A stretch of DNA of 64,000 bases from Leucoraja ocellata (taxonomy: Eukaryota), in contig JAWMAR010000552.1 of the NCBI GenBank assembly GCA_036785375.1, positions 620,001-684,000 of the forward strand. The letters run 5' to 3'. Under the pieces are notes generated by a model. That model saw nothing but the letters and a program-made list of their open reading frames with translations, ran no database searches and had not been told where the DNA came from. Positions within the stretch are counted from its first letter, which is position 1. The number at the start of each line of letters is the position of its first letter. This document shows positions 63,091 to 64,000 of this stretch, piece after piece. Made by a program: the position numbers and the translations under genes.

Positions 63091-63892
63091 TCTTGGCAAT
63101 AGTTCCACCAAGTCTCCTCTCAGGTTACAAATAAATTAACCCCCCCCCCCCCACCCGGCTAATCTTTCCTCATTGCCAAAATTTCCCAACCCTGTCAGCT
63201 TCCTTGTGAAACTCTTTCTGCTTGCACCTCATCTTTCCTGCACCAATGATTTGCATTGTAGACGATTCCCACTGTGATCTGAATTCAACAGACTTGCCTT
63301 CAATAAATAATTTATTGACTGCAAGGTGCTTTAGCATGCTGCTGGGGTTATGAAAATTGCCTGCATAAATTGAAGCTTTCCATTTCTATATCGGAGGGTC
63401 AGTCTGACTTATTGCTCGGTGGAACATCAGCAGGCTGACTGCTGCCCTGAGGTCTAGTGCCTTTGCAATTCTAAATGTTGCATGAGGTCAGGGTTTAAGC
63501 TTGGCTGTGTTACTCCTCCCTCCCCCCCCCTGCCTAAATAGCCTGCTGACACTCACTATCAAGATTTGCCTGTGAATAATGACCTCGGGGGATCTGCACG
63601 GCAGGATGCTTAGTGCTTATTGAACTGTGCCTCATCAAGAGGTCAGTTCTTTTGGGAAACCGAGTTAGAGAAGAAAAATGGCTGTGCAGAGCAGAGTGGT
63701 TAAAAAAATAAAACAAACAGCTTTCCTACATCTATCAGGTTCTAGAGCCATCCTGCATATCTCTCATCCTACCTCAGCCACAGAGTACTACGGACTGCCT
63801 TTTGCATTCCATGGACTAGTTTTCTAGTTGTATTCTGCACCAATGATTTCTGTGCAGTCTTTTTACTGTTTCACAGAACTGATGTGTAATTT

Positions 63893-64000
63893 AAGGTAGA
63901 CAAAAATGCTCGAGAAACTCAGCGGGTGATGCAGCATCTATGGAGTGAAGGAAATAGGCACCGTTTTGGCTTGAAACCATCTTCTGATTGATGTGTGGGT
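63893..64000 (-). mobile_element. Penelope pLTR, runs off the window end
   Basis: Same arm as 53238-53330. Confidence 0.75.

Overview
Repeat-dense, apparently non-coding (intronic or intergenic) vertebrate DNA. The repeat inventory (HE1-type tRNA-derived V-SINEs, HER1/CR1 tails, Rex1/Babar, L2, Penelope, Deu-domain SINE relic) points to a cartilaginous fish, probably a skate or ray; this is an inference. I found no convincing host protein-coding gene: every recognisable ORF is a retroelement fragment. There is a 160-N gap at 4059-4218. Highlights: (1) a 4.2-kb DNA transposon (578-4746) with perfect 34-bp CAAAG TIRs and an 8-bp TSD, carrying three 31-36 bp end-to-end TIR remnants that each sit between 8-bp direct repeats, the footprint expected from P-element-type excision; (2) more than a dozen short, often palindromic Penelope-derived insertions with 9-16 bp TSDs, many carrying a minimal hammerhead ribozyme core; (3) a solo LTR, Harbinger/hAT/Tigger MITEs, a DIRS-like end, an invertebrate-like CR1-group LINE and an unexplained hairpin with 21-bp arms. 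Family names come from recognising motifs by eye, not from database searches, and boundaries of degenerate copies are approximate.
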